Shown here piece after piece: positions 51,339 through 61,344 of a DNA stretch of 64,000 nt; within the stretch, counting starts at the first letter, position 1; every line of letters begins with the position of its first letter. Position numbers and translations under genes: made by a program. Under the pieces are notes generated by a model. It was not told where the DNA came from, made no database searches, and saw nothing but the letters and a program-made list of their open reading frames with translations. Origin of the DNA: a virus. Location of the stretch: the IMG/VR virus record IMGVR_UViG_3300006192_000008, positions 1 to 64,000 of that record. One strand, written 5' to 3'.

Positions 51339-52382
51339 TTAGTTAGAGCTGATAACTTTAACCAGCGATGCAGGTTTGGTGCAGAAGTACAGAGGAGCCA
51401 TTTCAAGCTCAAAGTCAACGTACTCATCGCGGTCATCAACGTACTGACGAACAAACATTTCACGACCCGGCTGGTTAGCCTGAGACAGTTTGTTGCTAGG
51501 GCCAGCATAACCACGGAACAGGTCACGTACACCAAGACCATAAGCATGACCAGTGTTGTCAGCAACACCTTGCTCAGTAGTACCGTTAGGCAGGTTGAAG
51601 GTGGCGTCATAGGAGATGAAACGAACACCACGGTATTCAAACACTTCCATGATACCCCAACGCATGTAGTTTGCGAGGTCATCACGCAGACGCTGAGTGC
51701 CACTGTTCTGATAGAACTTGAAGGCATCACGAATCATTGCATGGTTGATCAGCTTGTCAAAGAAGATTGGGTCAACCAGAACTTCGATACCGCTGATGGC
51801 ACCACCTTGTTTAACATTGTTAGCTACGGCACGCTTCAGCTCAGCAATCTTAGCATCTACGTTAGTAGTGCCAGTACCAAGTACGAAGTCGATGGTGGTT
51901 TGAGCAACACCAAACTCAGTGAACATATCCGCAACAACTTTACCGTCTGGAGTCTTGAAGACACCTTTGAAAGCTTGCAGCTTCATGTACTCGTTGGTCT
52001 GGTCAGCAGCCATACGCATGTCTTGCAGTTTTTCAGCAGTAGCGCGAGCCAGAGTTTCTTGAAGCTCCTGACCCGGCTGACGCCAGCTTTGAATGTCTTC
52101 AGTCATCAGACGGTCTTGATGCTTGAAGTAAGCCAGTTTCAGAGCAAAGGTTTCCACTTCACGCTCTTTACCTTGGGTGGCGCTGTGATCACCACGATTT
52201 ACTTGTGGGAGCAGGGTAATGTCATGCTTGTTAACGTCAAAGATGATGGCAGTTTGGCCAGTAGACTTCATGTTGAAGTAGTTACGGCTGTTTACATAAC
52301 CATACTGATTTTCAATCTCGTTGATTGCATCAGTCATTTCGGTTGTTTTAAAGCTGTTGTAGTAATCGCGGATCACTGACAT
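51339..52382 (-). CDS. Major capsid protein
   Basis: 347 aa, strong codon bias, Phage_cap_E-like pattern; position. Confidence 0.9.
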   Translation of the reverse strand: MSVIRDYYNSFKTTEMTDAINEIENQYGYVNSRNYFNMKSTGQTAIIFDVNKHDITLLPQVNRGDHSATQGKEREVETFALKLAYFKHQDRLMTEDIQSWRQPGQELQETLARATAEKLQDMRMAADQTNEYMKLQAFKGVFKTPDGKVVADMFTEFGVAQTTIDFVLGTGTTNVDAKIAELKRAVANNVKQGGAISGIEVLVDPIFFDKLINHAMIRDAFKFYQNSGTQRLRDDLANYMRWGIMEVFEYRGVRFISYDATFNLPNGTTEQGVADNTGHAYGLGVRDLFRGYAGPSNKLSQANQPGREMFVRQYVDDRDEYVDFELEMAPLYFCTKPASLVKVISSN

Positions 52383-52419
52383 TCTAAGGTTTCCTTATTT
52401 CTTATTTATTTAAAGTTGA

Positions 52420-52815
52420 TTACACTTGAACGCGATCAACGATGCCTTGAACGGCCAACTGAGTGACCATGCGTGCTTTACCTGGGGCATCCACAGCACC
52501 ATCATAAAGGAGTGCAGCAGAGGTAATGCCGGTATCGCCACCACGGATCAGAACAGCAAGTTCGTGATCACCAGCAGCAAGGTTAGGTACGTCTGCGAAA
52601 TGGTCAACAAGCACAGCAACGCCACCAGTCAATGTTGCAGAACCTGCTTGGTCAATCCAAACATACTTGCCACCAGAGAGTTTCAGCGCTGCACCAATAT
52701 CCATACCCGCTTTTACGGTTACGGTTACGGTTTCACGGCAATAGCCATATTCAACACCACTTTCAAAAGCGATGATGTTCGAGAGTTTGTTAGGGCGAGA
52801 TGCAATAGCAGTCAT
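52420..52815 (-). CDS. Head decoration protein
   Basis: GYCRETVTV; immediately upstream of the MCP. Confidence 0.75.
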   Translation of the reverse strand: MTAIASRPNKLSNIIAFESGVEYGYCRETVTVTVKAGMDIGAALKLSGGKYVWIDQAGSATLTGGVAVLVDHFADVPNLAAGDHELAVLIRGGDTGITSAALLYDGAVDAPGKARMVTQLAVQGIVDRVQV

Positions 52816-52826
52816 TTTCTTTTTCC

Positions 52827-54188
52827 TTATTTATTCTTGGTAGGCAGGAAGCTTTTGAAGCTGACCGGCTCTTTGGTTTCTTCATTAACGTCTGTACTCT
52901 TCTTTTCAAAAAGATCAGAAGTTTCCAGTTTGTCTTCTTTCTTCTTCATAGAAGCCAGTACGACATTAAAAGCAGTATCATCTACAGTTTCCAGAGATGC
53001 ATACAACTTATCCGCTTGCTCTGCATCAGCCTCAACCGAAGCAATAGCCTCTTTACGGGCAGCGACTTTAGCTTCCTTAGCGGCGGTTTCCAGTGCTGCA
53101 CGATCAGCAGCTACTACACTCAACTCTTCCTTAGCTTGGACCAGTTCAGCAGACAGGGAGGCTACAGCATTGAGTTGCGCTGCAAGCTCGGTTTCCTGTG
53201 CGTTGAATTTAGCTTCAAGTTCGGAATGCTGCGCTTGCAGTTCCTCAAATTCTTTCATTTGTACCTCATCAATTTCCAGTTCAGCAGTCTTCCCATCAAC
53301 AGGTTGCTTGCTAAAACTAAATAGTTTATTGTTTGTAAACATTTTATTGTCCTTCTGGGCAACGTCTGCGAGATAATTGTAAAACTCATCGTGAGTCATT
53401 ACTTTATCAGCCAAGCCAAGAGAAATAGCATCTTTAGCCATAAAGACTTTAGCTTCTGTTTTCTTAACTTGATCCACATCCATTTTTCGCATACTTGCTA
53501 CATAGGATGTAAATTCTTCATACAAGGCATCAACTTTCACTTGAATGTCTTGAATAAACTCTGGTCTAAACGATCCGTCTTCTGCGAAAGGAACTTTGCT
53601 CCCACCAGCATAAACAAATGAGCGTTCGTAACCTTTTTCTTCTAGTGCTTTGGAGTCATTCATTAAACGAACAACAACACCAATGCTACCAACTTCTGCT
53701 TGAGGGTTTAGAATAACTTCATCTGCAATGCAGGTAACACCATAGCAAGCTGAAGCAGCCATGCCGTCAACATAGGTAAGGATTTTGATACCCTTAGCAT
53801 CTGCTTGCTTACGAATGTAACTGCCAAGCTCCTGCATACCATAAGCTTCACCACCACCAGAGTCAGCCATGAAGACTAGGGTTTTCATTCCCATGTCAAC
53901 CATAGCATTAAACTCTTGTACAATACCTTCGTAGGAAGTTCCACCACATAGGGCTTCCCAACCAGAGGATTTATATGTAAGAGGCCCATCAATATCAATA
54001 ATACCTACTTGAGTATCAGAGTAATATTGAAGTTGTTTACCTTCTCGTGGTTTGTTACCAGCAGAGATATTCATCTCGCCTTGGTTGCGTTCTTTTAAAT
54101 AAGTAATCACACTTTCAAAGCTCGATGGCTCAATCAAGTGTGGTGTGTTATATAGCTTCTTAGTTAGAAGCCTTAAACTATGAGCCAT
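52827..54188 (-). CDS. Prohead protease (S49) fused to scaffold-like domain
   Basis: DSGGGE, MAASACY, GSIGVV; acidic coiled-coil tail. Confidence 0.9.
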   Translation of the reverse strand: MAHSLRLLTKKLYNTPHLIEPSSFESVITYLKERNQGEMNISAGNKPREGKQLQYYSDTQVGIIDIDGPLTYKSSGWEALCGGTSYEGIVQEFNAMVDMGMKTLVFMADSGGGEAYGMQELGSYIRKQADAKGIKILTYVDGMAASACYGVTCIADEVILNPQAEVGSIGVVVRLMNDSKALEEKGYERSFVYAGGSKVPFAEDGSFRPEFIQDIQVKVDALYEEFTSYVASMRKMDVDQVKKTEAKVFMAKDAISLGLADKVMTHDEFYNYLADVAQKDNKMFTNNKLFSFSKQPVDGKTAELEIDEVQMKEFEELQAQHSELEAKFNAQETELAAQLNAVASLSAELVQAKEELSVVAADRAALETAAKEAKVAARKEAIASVEADAEQADKLYASLETVDDTAFNVVLASMKKKEDKLETSDLFEKKSTDVNEETKEPVSFKSFLPTKNK

Positions 54189-55679
54189 CTACGTATTTTC
54201 TCCATTACCTGTGGATTGATCCCCACCACCAGTTGCGTCACCTGTGCCAGATGGCATGCCCTCTTCCATACCTTCACCCGAATTAGACGAGTAAGCTGTC
54301 ATTTCTTTCCTGACATCTTCTGTAGAAATAGTGGTGTCTGAGAAAGGCTTAGGCATGTTGGCTTGCTCGGCGACCCAGTTAGCAGTCTTAGCGTTTGCAC
54401 TGATCAACCCTTGTGCGCCTGCGCGTTGTAGGAACTTAGACAAAACGTCAAGGTCAGGACTAACAAGATCACCAAAGTAAAATTCTGGCATCACTTCAGT
54501 TGACCAACCATTAAGTTCAAACAATTGTTTAATCAAGTCATGGTTGAGTTGATCTTGAATCTCAATCAACTTAGCCTCAATAGCCATGTTGGAGATGCCT
54601 TGTAGACTCTCTGCAAGAGAGAAGCTACCACCGCCATTCTGACCAAGAGTCAACTGAGAAGCCATAAGGCTTGTAATAATCTCAGAACGATAACGTCCAA
54701 TAATATCTGATACGTTGTAGCTACGTTGGCCGTTAATACCAAGAAGCTCAAGATCGGCAATCACTTCTTTGCCGTTCTCATCTTTCAAGCTTGGAACAAT
54801 TACGCCGCTTTGCTCACCCATGTGTAGGTTACGCATTACGTTCTTCCAATACTCAAAGGTCTGCTTATCTAAGTCACTAGCATCTTCTGCCATGTATCGG
54901 GGGTTAAGCTTCAATACTTTAAGACCACGAACATCAGAAGCTACGCCAGTACCTTCAAACTTCTCAAGCTCTGTTTTATACCTCCAAGCTTGCCAACATC
55001 CATTGAGAGGGGATTCGCCGATTGGTGAGTCTTTAAGCGGATTGTTTCGAAACAGGAGAAACTTCTCTCTGCGAATCCACTGTTCAACACCTTTCTCAAC
55101 AATATCTACTTTATTCTTACCAGCAGGTACGTTCGGGTATTGATATAGCCCAGTAAGCTTACGTCCTGTATCTGTCCAATCCCAAGACTCAATACTATCT
55201 TGAGTAATAGGAGGAAGAGAGGCAATACCTACAAGACCATCATTATACTTACTACCATTCTTCTTATAGCGCTTACGATACACTTTCTCATGGGCGGCAA
55301 AACCATAGCGGTTAAAGCTTACCACTTGACGTATGAAGCTACCCCAACTATGATCCATATCATTGATACACTGCTTGATAAAAGCAGCTTTATCTTTGAG
55401 TTGGTCTTCATAACCTTCTGGTACACGAATATGCCAAGGAACACGAGCAATAGCCATTTCTACAAGATTTAGTGCAGGAGCAATAGTTGCATCCTTTGCC
55501 ATGTCCTTGTAGGTTTTCATGCAATGTGGCCAACGAAGTTCGTGTGCGCACTCTTCAAAAATGTTCCCAGAGAATACGTTCAAGCCGTTGTAAGACACTT
55601 GACTAAGACGCATTCTGGGGATTGTACTATCTTCCCCTTTAGTTAGAGAAGGGGTAAGGTCTTCTGTTTCTTCCGCCAT
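54189..55679 (-). CDS. Portal protein
   Basis: Follows terL; YGFAAHEKVY, GGSFSLAES. Confidence 0.9.
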   Translation of the reverse strand: MAEETEDLTPSLTKGEDSTIPRMRLSQVSYNGLNVFSGNIFEECAHELRWPHCMKTYKDMAKDATIAPALNLVEMAIARVPWHIRVPEGYEDQLKDKAAFIKQCINDMDHSWGSFIRQVVSFNRYGFAAHEKVYRKRYKKNGSKYNDGLVGIASLPPITQDSIESWDWTDTGRKLTGLYQYPNVPAGKNKVDIVEKGVEQWIRREKFLLFRNNPLKDSPIGESPLNGCWQAWRYKTELEKFEGTGVASDVRGLKVLKLNPRYMAEDASDLDKQTFEYWKNVMRNLHMGEQSGVIVPSLKDENGKEVIADLELLGINGQRSYNVSDIIGRYRSEIITSLMASQLTLGQNGGGSFSLAESLQGISNMAIEAKLIEIQDQLNHDLIKQLFELNGWSTEVMPEFYFGDLVSPDLDVLSKFLQRAGAQGLISANAKTANWVAEQANMPKPFSDTTISTEDVRKEMTAYSSNSGEGMEEGMPSGTGDATGGGDQSTGNGENT

Positions 55680-55687
55680 ATCTCTTC

Positions 55688-57096
55688 CTATGCGAATGGG
55701 TTGTTAGTTTTAAGGAGGTTGTCTGTTGATTTAAGACCAGACATGTAGTTGGGGATTTGTATTTTCTGAGCAAGAATTGCTACGGTATCAGCCAAGGCGT
55801 CAACAATGTCCTCGTGACCCGATTCGCCGGACTTACGAAGACCAGTAAAAGCTTCCAATTCTTTATATACAAAGTTATTATCGTTTAGAATTTTATTCTC
55901 GTGGTCAGTACCACAATTCTTTAAGAAAACTATGTGGCCATTTTGTGCTAAACTGGATACTGGACGAAAGCGATCAAGCTTACTTTTTGTAGTCTGTAAC
56001 GTCCTTACTCTAAACCCCTCTTCAGAGATTTCTCTTGAAAGCATACCTGTTGCGGCTTTGGCTGCTGCCCCAGGATCGAGTGGGAGAACTATATCCACAT
56101 CATATCCGTCCCTGATAGCGTTATCTAGGATGAACTGTTTCCAGTCACCAAAACGAATACGAGTCTTTTGTACATCATGTACGAAGTATTCCCCACTCTT
56201 CAACTTAGAAACTTTGCAAGTTGCAGTGTAGTCTGGGGATGGATTAGCATCACTTTTGAGTGTGGACGCAAGGTCATAAGCCCTGACAGTTTTAACAATC
56301 TCACTCTTAGGCGGCTCTTGAATTTCTTCTCTACACCAGCTACGCAGAAAGTGCGTACTTGACTGTTCTCTGGCAGTCCAATCGCCAAGTAAAAGTCTGC
56401 GACGTTCTACATCCGGCATCGCCTCAAGCGAACCCAAGTATTCGGGTTGATTTTCAATGAGCCACGGATTATCGTAGATGGTGCCTAGAATCACTTGGAA
56501 ACTAAGGGGCTTAACTTGCTTAGGGTGGTCAATTGGTAGATTAGGATTACCATATCTAACAATCATTTCCTCCTTAGAGTCTCCCCAGAATATCACACCT
56601 TCTCTACGAAGAATCCAACGAGTGATCCCATTCTTTTCGGGGTCAGGTAGGCCATATTTTTCATGCCCTTCCGGGTAAAGCCACCACTTGACCCAATCAA
56701 ATAAAAATGAATCTGGATCAGGGTTACAACTTAACCAAATCGAAGGGTCAAGATTTGCCTTTGTCCGTAGACGAGAAACTAGCCACCAAATATGACTTTC
56801 AGAGGCATGAGTACACTCATCATAAAATACGTTTGAGAGTTCAAGGCCATGGTAGAGCTGACCAGCTTTATCGTTCTCATAGTGAGAAAAGGATACCGAG
56901 CTTCCTGAAGAAAACACGATGCGCTGGTCTTTCATTTTAATTTTAATATCATCTACTTGAGAGTAGAGGTGAACAGCGGCGTCAAAAAGACCACCGCTTT
57001 TCATGATAGCTGTAGAGTTTTTACGGATACAGAAACCACGATAAAGTGGGTCATCCATCCAGCGCAAATGGCGCATTAAACCTACGTGACTTTTAG
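55688..57096 (-). CDS. terL: Terminase large subunit, exon 2
   Basis: Walker B FYDE, SCNPD, nuclease RAYDLA and HEDIVDA. Confidence 0.92.
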
Positions 57097-57382
57097 CAAA
57101 AATGTTCAAGATAGTTCGCTAGTCCTATCTCCGCACCATTATGTGCAGCTATATGTTTCCATATAGAGCAGACCATATCATCACACCTGTAAAGGTGAGC
57201 TTGCCGCTTCCACTCGCTTGAGTGTACTCTACTCTGTTCGGTGGCAGCCTCTATGACTGCTCTTAGCAACCGCATTTCGATGGTCGTTACACCTTCCTAT
57301 TTCTAGGCTTGGCTCGGGATTGCCCTCGTCTTTACGTTAGGATGTTCCCCGAGTTCAACAAGTTTAAAGATCGCCTAAGTCA
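57097..57382 (-). mobile_element. ORF-less group I intron (286 nt) in terL
   Basis: P1 GGATCGT/GCGATCT with U-G; P10 TTAG/CTAA; core GAACTCGGGGAA, AATCCCGAG, TAACGACCA, GATATGGTCT; terminal G. Confidence 0.92.
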
Positions 57383-57479
57383 ACGATCCTGCTGCGCCAC
57401 CCGCAACCAAGATTCTTGCGTCACTTTGCAAGTATTTTTCTTGGAAGGGTGACTGCGGAGCAACAATAATTTCACTCAT
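57383..57479 (-). CDS. terL: Terminase large subunit, exon 1
   Basis: MSEIIVAPQSPFQEKYL...GGAAGS; splicing gives Walker A GGAAGSSKS. Confidence 0.9.
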
Positions 57480-58299
57480 CTTTAGAGTTTCCCTTGTATT
57501 CCAGCCACTGCTGATCTTCTGCCGGAATCCAACCGTCTTTAAACTTATCCACGAGACTGTTGAAATAATGTCCCGGTAGATTTGTCAGATTGAGCTTATT
57601 GTAGGAAGTCAAGAACCTAGATTTAGTAGGTTTTCCACACAACACCCACGCATCATAGTATATATCTGCCGAGGTCCACTTGTGTTTGTGCGCAAGGGCG
57701 TCTGGACTATATTTCAACCATGGTAACATTGACCGGCTCGGGTTAGGCTGACACCCGCAAGATTTAACTTTACCATTAGTAAAGCTTGTTCCTCGTTTTA
57801 CTACGGTATTCCCACAAACACACAAAAGCTTCCAGAAAGAGACACTCTGCTTTTTACTACTATCAGCTTCCCAGTGAGAGAATTCAATGACTGTAAGTTG
57901 GTTATTAGACATACCAACAAGATTTTTAAACATGCTAGATTTATCTTTACTTAGGTCTGTATTGCTACGCATTTCAGTCATCTTAACTTTTGCACTTTTG
58001 GAGTACTCTTGTTTCAGTTTTGCGTATATTTTTGAAGACCTTACAGTGTCCCGAGTATGACTCATTAACCAAAACGCCCGCATTAGTGCGGTAGACTCCG
58101 GATGTGTTTTCCACAGTAACCAGTGTGCAATGAAGTGCTCTCTAGCCGTGAACAGGACAAGGTTATCTTTTGAATTACCACCACCTAGACATCTAGGTAT
58201 AATATGGTGAGATTCATGATAACCCTCAAGAGCTGACTTATTCAAGCCCCTTACTTTACACTTCTCAACCAACTGATCATATATCTTTTTGTAGTTCAT
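57472..58299 (-). CDS. Free-standing HNH homing endonuclease
   Basis: ESHHIIPRCLGG...NLVL...HFIAH; C-terminal CVCG/SCGC. Confidence 0.88.
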   Translation of the reverse strand: MNYKKIYDQLVEKCKVRGLNKSALEGYHESHHIIPRCLGGGNSKDNLVLFTAREHFIAHWLLWKTHPESTALMRAFWLMSHTRDTVRSSKIYAKLKQEYSKSAKVKMTEMRSNTDLSKDKSSMFKNLVGMSNNQLTVIEFSHWEADSSKKQSVSFWKLLCVCGNTVVKRGTSFTNGKVKSCGCQPNPSRSMLPWLKYSPDALAHKHKWTSADIYYDAWVLCGKPTKSRFLTSYNKLNLTNLPGHYFNSLVDKFKDGWIPAEDQQWLEYKGNSKDE

Positions 58300-58565
58300 A
58301 ATTACCTCTCATTAGGCTTAATAGGTGTAGACTAGCCAGATGAATGAGCATCTGGCGGGCTTGCAATCCCGTTCATCTACATTGATTTGCAACTTTAGAA
58401 TTTAGTAGCCCTGCATGTACTTCCGGGCATCAGAAGTAGGAGGAGAAACACGCGAGGTAAGCAACGTGCTTCAGACGACATGCTCGCCTAGGAGAAATCT
58501 TTAACGTGACTAAACCTAACGGTTGTACTTACGAAAGATAGTTTGTAGCAAGAATAGAAGTGCCA

Positions 58566-59402
58566 TTAACCAGCTCCGAGGTTTACAAGTTCAGCCCACC
58601 AACCAGAAAACACGCCAGTTGCTGTACCTGAACCAAAGTTTTCAAGACGCCAGTAGTAAGTTCCTACACCAACACCACGTTGATCAAACGACTTACTACC
58701 AACAGAAGATTGTTGTGCTGTTGCGTTAGTTGCCACAACCCTAACTCTATCAATAACTACACCTCCAGTAACTCCTGTACCACCTGTGAACAAGGTATTC
58801 TGGAACGTGTAGAATGGTGTCTCACGAAGAGTCATTGCATTCTTTGGAAGAATCGGTAGAGGAGTTGCATAAGTACCAGTACCTGTAGAACCTGCATAAG
58901 TGGATAGGCGAATACTGCCTGCATCTACTACACAACTTACATCATACAGAATCGTGTCAATTGCCACGTTAGCTTGGACGTAAACACTAGCGCCCGATGC
59001 TATCGAGAATTCATAGAATGTGCGAGCTTCTCGGCCACTATGGAAGGATGTCTGTCCTGTGTCTACTTTAACCCTACGATATAACTCATTAGGACTTGTA
59101 TAGATATCATGAGGAAGGTCTACACCGGTAAATGGTGTGATTGTCTCTGTAACCTTCTGAACCAAAACAGGGCCAGTACCACCACGAATCCAGATAGGAT
59201 CACTTGTTGCGTGTACCAGCACTGTCTGACCAGAGAGTAAGGGATACTGGTCACTGTCTGCTAAAGGAGGAAGAGATGCTTGAACTAGATATGCAGGAGA
59301 AGATGTATTATTGGTGACAATAAGACTTGTACCAGTATCAAAGTCAGAAAGCGTATAAAGATTGGTGTATGTGAAAGGACTTGGGATACTTACTACTTGC
59401 AT
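58566..59402 (-). CDS. Hypothetical beta-rich protein, possibly virion-associated
   Basis: 278-aa Thr/Gly/Ser-rich ORF. Confidence 0.7.
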   Translation of the reverse strand: MQVVSIPSPFTYTNLYTLSDFDTGTSLIVTNNTSSPAYLVQASLPPLADSDQYPLLSGQTVLVHATSDPIWIRGGTGPVLVQKVTETITPFTGVDLPHDIYTSPNELYRRVKVDTGQTSFHSGREARTFYEFSIASGASVYVQANVAIDTILYDVSCVVDAGSIRLSTYAGSTGTGTYATPLPILPKNAMTLRETPFYTFQNTLFTGGTGVTGGVVIDRVRVVATNATAQQSSVGSKSFDQRGVGVGTYYWRLENFGSGTATGVFSGWWAELVNLGAG

Positions 59403-59448
59403 TGCATTCCCCTGATGGAATTGTTATTTGTTGTAATGTGAGGGAATG

Positions 59449-59522
59449 TGGTGCTCTGTGAGTGAATCGAACACTCATCTGTTCCTTACAAGGGAACTGC
59501 TTGACCTTCCAGCAAACAGAGC
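59449..59522 (-). tRNA. tRNA-Thr(TGT)
   Basis: GCTCTGT/ACAGAGC, GTTCC-CTTGTAA-GGAAC, CCA. Confidence 0.88.
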
Positions 59523-59527
59523 GTATT

Positions 59528-59603
59528 TGGCTGGCGAGATACGATTCGAACGTATGACCTAAGAGTTAACAGCTCTTTGCAACTACCGCTGTGCTACTCG
59601 CCA
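59528..59603 (-). tRNA. tRNA-Asn(GTT)
   Basis: TGGCGAG/CTCGCCA, AAGAG-CTGTTAA-CTCTT, CCA. Confidence 0.92.
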
Positions 59604-60227
59604 AGAATAAGTATTGGGTCGCCACACTACCGTGCTCCCAATCAACAGGACAACGCTCCTGCTCTCTCCACCGTTTGCGTACCGAAGCACGACTTAATAC
59701 CCTACCGTCTAGGGAGTGCCTTTACAGGAGACTAAATATTACCCGTCGGTAATAAGTGCTGGAATACCACCAGCCTGTACTACATGGCTCAAAGGCCAAT
59801 TGATGCTTAGGTAGCGATCACACCTTCGTAGAACTACTGCACTTGTACCACTCTCGTAGTTGGCCCTTAAATACAGCATCCCGGTTGAACGGGCTGGTCT
59901 TTTGCTATTTTTACATAGCGACTCGTCAACGTACTACGCCGCGTATGAACGTAGTATCCGTAAAACAGCCTACCGCCAGATAGGCTTTCTTCAACTAGGC
60001 AAGTCGAAGTACCAGACCGAAGCCTGATTAGGATGACGCTGTGCTGGAGGAAGACGAAGTATAACTAAATACACAAGTCAACCCTAAGTAGTGTCCAGCC
60101 TTTCGATAAACCAACATCTCACCTTACGTGCAGTGAATCCATACACTATCTGCCGAGGTCGCTGTGTACTGTCATTGGTCTATCTAACGTCAGTTCTTTC
60201 TGTCCACTGTCCATAAACAGCGAACGC
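59604..60227 (-). ncRNA. Candidate large structured non-coding RNA
   Basis: ~620 nt without an ORF of 60 aa or more; many hairpins and long-range helices; G-U pairs favour the minus strand. Confidence 0.7.
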
Positions 60228-60605
60228 TTAATCATCACTCTTAGTGATTGAAACTACTTTCGTGCTAAATCGTGCTTGAGGCTGAGCGACAGGCTCTTTT
60301 GGATCGTCTTCAGGGTCTTCTAGCTGATCCTTCTCACGGCCATACACCTCATTGCGAAGGCTGATAGCGTTATCAACAATCAACTTTACAGCACTTAACT
60401 GTGTAGTGGATGTGACGTTCTTACTATCAAGCGGCTCATCAAGGATAGCTTCAGCTTTCTTCAAGGCTTTCGCAAGCAGAGGATCAATATAGTCCAATAC
60501 TTGCTTTATTTTAGTCTGACGCAGTGAACGAGATGACTTACTATTTAAAGGTCTACCACCTCGGGCCTTTCCAACACGTCCCAACTTATCTGGTTTCTCT
60601 GACAT
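60228..60605 (-). CDS. Probable terminase small subunit
   Basis: N-terminal GGRP, helical; first gene of the late block. Confidence 0.5.
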   Translation of the reverse strand: MSEKPDKLGRVGKARGGRPLNSKSSRSLRQTKIKQVLDYIDPLLAKALKKAEAILDEPLDSKNVTSTTQLSAVKLIVDNAISLRNEVYGREKDQLEDPEDDPKEPVAQPQARFSTKVVSITKSDD

Positions 60606-60628
60606 ATTCTTTCCTCAAGTTCAATATA

Positions 60629-60657
60629 ATCTTACAGTACTAATTGAACTTTGTCAA
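60629..60657 (-). promoter_or_regulatory. sigma70-like promoter
   Basis: TTGACA-N17-TAAGAT. Confidence 0.75.
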
Positions 60658-60885
60658 GCGTTATTTGATATAATGTGACAATTATTGTCACTCATCTGGA
60701 AGAATCGTCCAGAATTGCGTATTTGGCACTGTATCCACTTCATGAGCGTATTCAAATTTGAAGTCCTCCTCAGAATAGGGGAGGGTTGTTGTCAAATGGC
60801 AAACACATTCACTGACCAGTGGAGTACAGTGAGGACACTGTTTCTCTTTCATTGGTAGTTCCTGTTTTGTGCGGTTGAAGGTGTC

Positions 60886-60913
60886 AGTATACACCCAAAA
60901 GCGTTCTTGTCAA
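60886..60913 (-). promoter_or_regulatory. sigma70-like promoter
   Basis: TTGACA-N16-TATACT. Confidence 0.7.
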
Positions 60914-61344
60914 TAGATTTTGACTATTATTTCAACTTTTCATTAAAATAATTTATATAATCCAAATAACCCTTAGCTCGTTGGTAGTTCTGATTGATAT
61001 TCACACCAATCTGTCCTGACTTACCATAGGACAACCAAACCCATTCCATGATTGCACCTTCTTTAGGTTTTATAAACCTTCCACCTGATTTGTACTCTAC
61101 TTCACACTCAAGCAACCCTTCAAACCATTCACTACGTTTGTACTTCTTAAACATTATCTTTCTCCTCCAATCTTTTCTCAAGAAACAAAATATACTCCAT
61201 CAACTCCTCCACTTGCCTACTGACTCTCCAACTCTCTGAATTCCTATTCTCTCGATAGCCTTCAAGAAGGCCGTGTGGCTTTCCTCCTTTGAGGAAGTGC
61301 TCAAGCATATCATTACGGTCTTGTACTAATTTCAATACACTCTC

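Noticed and set aside
51546-53376. Long plus-strand ORFs (277 aa and 316 aa) antisense to the capsid and protease genes
   Set aside because: Shadow frames expected from strong codon bias; no RBS or recognisable motifs
57093-57275. 60-aa ORF inside the terL intron
   Set aside because: Runs through the catalytic core; no motif; likely incidental
59604-60227. tmRNA, RNase P or intron as the identity of the large RNA
   Set aside because: No tRNA-like ends, no GAAAGTCC-type P4 and no group I core words seen by eye; cmscan is needed to be certain
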